Shown here piece after piece: positions 61,330 through 64,000 of a DNA stretch of 64,000 nucleotides (position 1 is its first letter; each line of letters starts with the position of its first letter). The notes below the pieces were generated by a model. That model made no database searches. It was not told where the DNA came from and worked only from the letters and a program-made list of their open reading frames with translations. The DNA lies in assembly GCF_056746865.1 (NCBI RefSeq), contig NZ_CM163382.1; one strand, given 5' to 3'. The translations under genes were made by a program, and so were the position numbers.

Positions 61330-62667
61330 ATGAACACTTCACCGGTGCGAATGGATGATTTACCACTTAACCGTTTTCACTGCCGCATTGCTGCGCTCAC
61401 TTTCGGCGCACACCTGACCGACGGTTATGTCCTCGGCGTCATTGGTTACGCCATTATTCAGCTTACGCCCGCCATGCAACTGACGCCGTTTATGGCGGGA
61501 ATGATTGGCGGCTCAGCACTCCTTGGTTTGTTTCTTGGCAGCCTGGTTCTGGGCTGGATCTCCGACCATATTGGGCGACAAAAAATCTTCACCTTCAGCT
61601 TTTTGCTGATTACGCTTGCTTCGTTTTTACAATTTTTTGCCACCACGCCAGAGCATCTTATTGGACTGCGCATTTTGATTGGCATTGGTCTGGGAGGCGA
61701 TTACTCAGTCGGTCACACCTTGCTGGCTGAATTTTCCCCGCGCCGCCACCGCGGTATTTTGCTGGGCGCGTTCAGCGTGGTGTGGACTGTAGGCTATGTG
61801 CTGGCAAGTATTGCCGGACATCACTTTATTAGCGAAAGCCCGGAGGCCTGGCGCTGGCTGCTGGCATCGGCAGCTCTGCCCGCATTGTTGATTACGTTAT
61901 TACGCTGGGGAACGCCAGAATCGCCACGCTGGCTACTGCGCCAGGGGCGTTTTGCAGAAGCTCACGCTATCGTGCATCGCTATTTTGGTCCCCATGTTTT
62001 ACTGGGCGATGAAGTGGCAACGGCGACCCATAAACACATCAAAACCTTGTTCTCTTCGCGCTACTGGCGGCGCACAGCGTTTAACAGCGTCTTCTTTGTC
62101 TGCCTCGTAATCCCATGGTTTGTGATTTATACCTGGCTGCCAACTATCGCCCAGACTATTGGTCTGGAAGATGCGTTGACCGCTAGCCTGATGCTTAATG
62201 CGTTGTTAATTGTGGGTGCGCTGCTGGGATTAGTTCTGACGCACCTGCTGGCACATCGCAAATTTTTGCTGGGAAGTTTTTTGCTGCTGGCGGCAACGCT
62301 GGTAGTGATGGCTTGTTTGCCTTCCGGCAGTTCATTAACGCTGCTGCTTTTTGTTCTCTTCAGCACCACCATTTCGGCAGTCAGTAATCTGGTGGGCATT
62401 TTGCCTGCGGAAAGTTTTCCTACTGACATTCGCTCGCTGGGCGTCGGTTTTGCCACCGCCATGAGTCGGTTGGGCGCGGCGGTAAGTACTGGCCTGCTGC
62501 CGTGGGTGCTGGCGCAGTGGGGAATGCAAGTCACCTTATTGCTCCTGGCGGCAGTGTTGTTGGTTGGTTTTGTCGTGACCTGGCTATGGGCACCAGAAAC
62601 CAAAGCACTCCCGCTGGTGGCGGCGGGAAATGTTGGAGGTGCGAATGAACATTCTGTTAGCGTTTAA
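61330..62667 (+). CDS. ygcS: MFS sugar-type transporter
   Basis: Track ORF 61258..62667; start taken at MNTSPVRMDD at 61330. Confidence 0.85.
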   Translation: MNTSPVRMDDLPLNRFHCRIAALTFGAHLTDGYVLGVIGYAIIQLTPAMQLTPFMAGMIGGSALLGLFLGSLVLGWISDHIGRQKIFTFSFLLITLASFLQFFATTPEHLIGLRILIGIGLGGDYSVGHTLLAEFSPRRHRGILLGAFSVVWTVGYVLASIAGHHFISESPEAWRWLLASAALPALLITLLRWGTPESPRWLLRQGRFAEAHAIVHRYFGPHVLLGDEVATATHKHIKTLFSSRYWRRTAFNSVFFVCLVIPWFVIYTWLPTIAQTIGLEDALTASLMLNALLIVGALLGLVLTHLLAHRKFLLGSFLLLAATLVVMACLPSGSSLTLLLFVLFSTTISAVSNLVGILPAESFPTDIRSLGVGFATAMSRLGAAVSTGLLPWVLAQWGMQVTLLLLAAVLLVGFVVTWLWAPETKALPLVAAGNVGGANEHSVSV

Positions 62668-63424
62668 AGCCGAACCGGATGCCGGAATGCTGGCGGAAAA
62701 AGAGTGGCAGGCGGCGGCTCAGGGTAATAGCGGACCGGATGTTTCGCTTCTGCGAAGTTTGCTCGGTGCTGATGAACAGGCTGCCGCCGCGCTGCTGTTG
62801 GCGCAGAGAAAAAACGGTACGTCGATGTCTTTAACCGCGTTGAGCATGGGGGATGAACGGGCGTTGCACTGGCTGCGCTATCTTATGGCTCTTGGGTTTG
62901 AGGAAGCTGTATTGCTGGAGACGGCGGCAGATCTGCGCTTTGCGCCGGAATTTGTCGCTCGCCATATTGCCGAATGGCAGTACCAGAATCCGCTGGAGCT
63001 GATAATTACTGGCTGCCAAAGCAGCGAAGGGCAGAATGGGCAAACGCCATTTTTGCTGGCGGAAATGCTGGGCTGGCCCTGCTTCACCCAGGTGGAGCGT
63101 TTTACTCTCGACGCGCCGTTTATCACCCTTGAACAGCGTACTGAAAACGGGCTGCGCTGTTGCCGGGTTCGCTTGCCTGCGGTGATTGCCGTGCGTCAGT
63201 GTGGTGAAGTGGCCTTGCCAGTACCGGGAATGCGCCAGCGAATGGCTGCGGGGAAAGCAGCAATTATCCGTAAAACTGTTGCTGCCGAATCGCCAGCGAT
63301 GCAGTGTCGGCAACTGGCAAGAGCAGAGCAACGACGCGGAGCGACGCTGATTGATGGGCAAACGGTAGCAGAAAAAGCGCAAAAGCTATGGCAGGACTAT
63401 TTACGCCAAAGGATGCAGCCATGA
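62645..63424 (+). CDS. ygcR: Electron transfer flavoprotein beta-subunit-like protein (FixA-like)
   Basis: Track ORF 62630..63424; start taken at MNILLAFKAEPD at 62645. Confidence 0.85.
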   Translation: MNILLAFKAEPDAGMLAEKEWQAAAQGNSGPDVSLLRSLLGADEQAAAALLLAQRKNGTSMSLTALSMGDERALHWLRYLMALGFEEAVLLETAADLRFAPEFVARHIAEWQYQNPLELIITGCQSSEGQNGQTPFLLAEMLGWPCFTQVERFTLDAPFITLEQRTENGLRCCRVRLPAVIAVRQCGEVALPVPGMRQRMAAGKAAIIRKTVAAESPAMQCRQLARAEQRRGATLIDGQTVAEKAQKLWQDYLRQRMQP

Positions 63425-64000
63425 ATATCGCAATTGTGACAATAAATCAGGAGAATGCCGCAATAGCGAGCTGGCAGGCGGCGCAGGATTTCAGCGGTTG
63501 TACCCTGGCGCACTGGAAGATTGAACCTCAGCCCGCTGTGGCGGAACAGGTGCTGGATGCGCTGGTGGAACAGTGGCAGCGAACGCCTGCGGACGTTGTT
63601 CTCTTTCCGCCGGGAACGTTTGGCGATGAACTGTCGACCCGGCTGGCCTGGCGTTTACATGGTGCAAGCATCTGCCAGGTGACTTCGTTAGATATTCCAA
63701 CCGTAAGCGTGCGCAAATCCCACTGGGGAAATGCGCTAACGGCGACGCTGCAAACAGAAAAACGCCCGCTATGCCTTTCCCTGGCGCGTCAGGCGGGAGC
63801 AGCGAAAAACGCCACGTTGCCCTCTGGTATGCAGCAACTGAACATTGTCCCAGGTGCGCTTCCCGACTGGCTGGTTAGCACAGAGGATCTGAAAAATGTT
63901 ACCCGTGACCCATTAGCTGAGGCCAGACGGGTGCTGGTGGTGGGGCAGGGCGGAGAGGCAGATAACCAGGAAATCGCTATGCTGGCAGAAAAGCTGGGAG
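63421..64000 (+). CDS. ygcQ: Electron transfer flavoprotein alpha-subunit-like protein (FixB-like), 3'-truncated by the window edge
   Basis: ATG at 63421 overlaps the ygcR stop; frame stays open to the window end (MNIAIVTINQENAAIASWQ...); absent from the ORF track because no stop is reached. Confidence 0.8.
   Translation, partial: MNIAIVTINQENAAIASWQAAQDFSGCTLAHWKIEPQPAVAEQVLDALVEQWQRTPADVVLFPPGTFGDELSTRLAWRLHGASICQVTSLDIPTVSVRKSHWGNALTATLQTEKRPLCLSLARQAGAAKNATLPSGMQQLNIVPGALPDWLVSTEDLKNVTRDPLAEARRVLVVGQGGEADNQEIAMLAEKLG

Overview
This window reads as an Escherichia coli-type chromosomal segment, syntenic (in reverse orientation) with the K-12 recB to ygcQ region; all identifications are from reading the sequence and recalling known proteins, with no database search run. 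Core content: recB (5'-truncated), recD, argA, amiC, three tandem initiator tRNA-fMet genes, mltA, tcdA, csdE, csdA, ygdI, gcvB sRNA, gcvA, ygdD, rlmM, the fucose regulon (fucR-U-K-I-P and fucA-O), xni, sdaB, sdaC, ppnN, queF, syd, csrB sRNA, yqcC, truC, yqcA, gudP-X-D, barA, rlmD, relA, mazG, pyrG, eno, queE and the ygcE/yqcE/ygcW/U/S/R/Q cluster. Accessory or unusual content: (1) between eno and queE, a four-gene minus-strand cluster of a LemA lipoprotein followed by three tandem TPM-domain membrane paralogs that all end in a near-identical Gly/Ser tail (…GGGGSSGGGG[A/S]SGRW); my recollection is that K-12 has a single gene (ygcG) here; (2) a type I-E CRISPR array (10 repeats, 9 spacers) with no cas genes in the window, followed by an intact IS2 (5-bp CTAAA target duplication) and a degenerate array remnant; (3) relA and mazG are separated by only 95 bp, so the mazEF toxin-antitoxin pair is absent; (4) a 20-bp unit repeated three times in tandem upstream of gudP. 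The LemA/TPM cluster is the best candidate for an undescribed system, but nothing in the sequence establishes its function.
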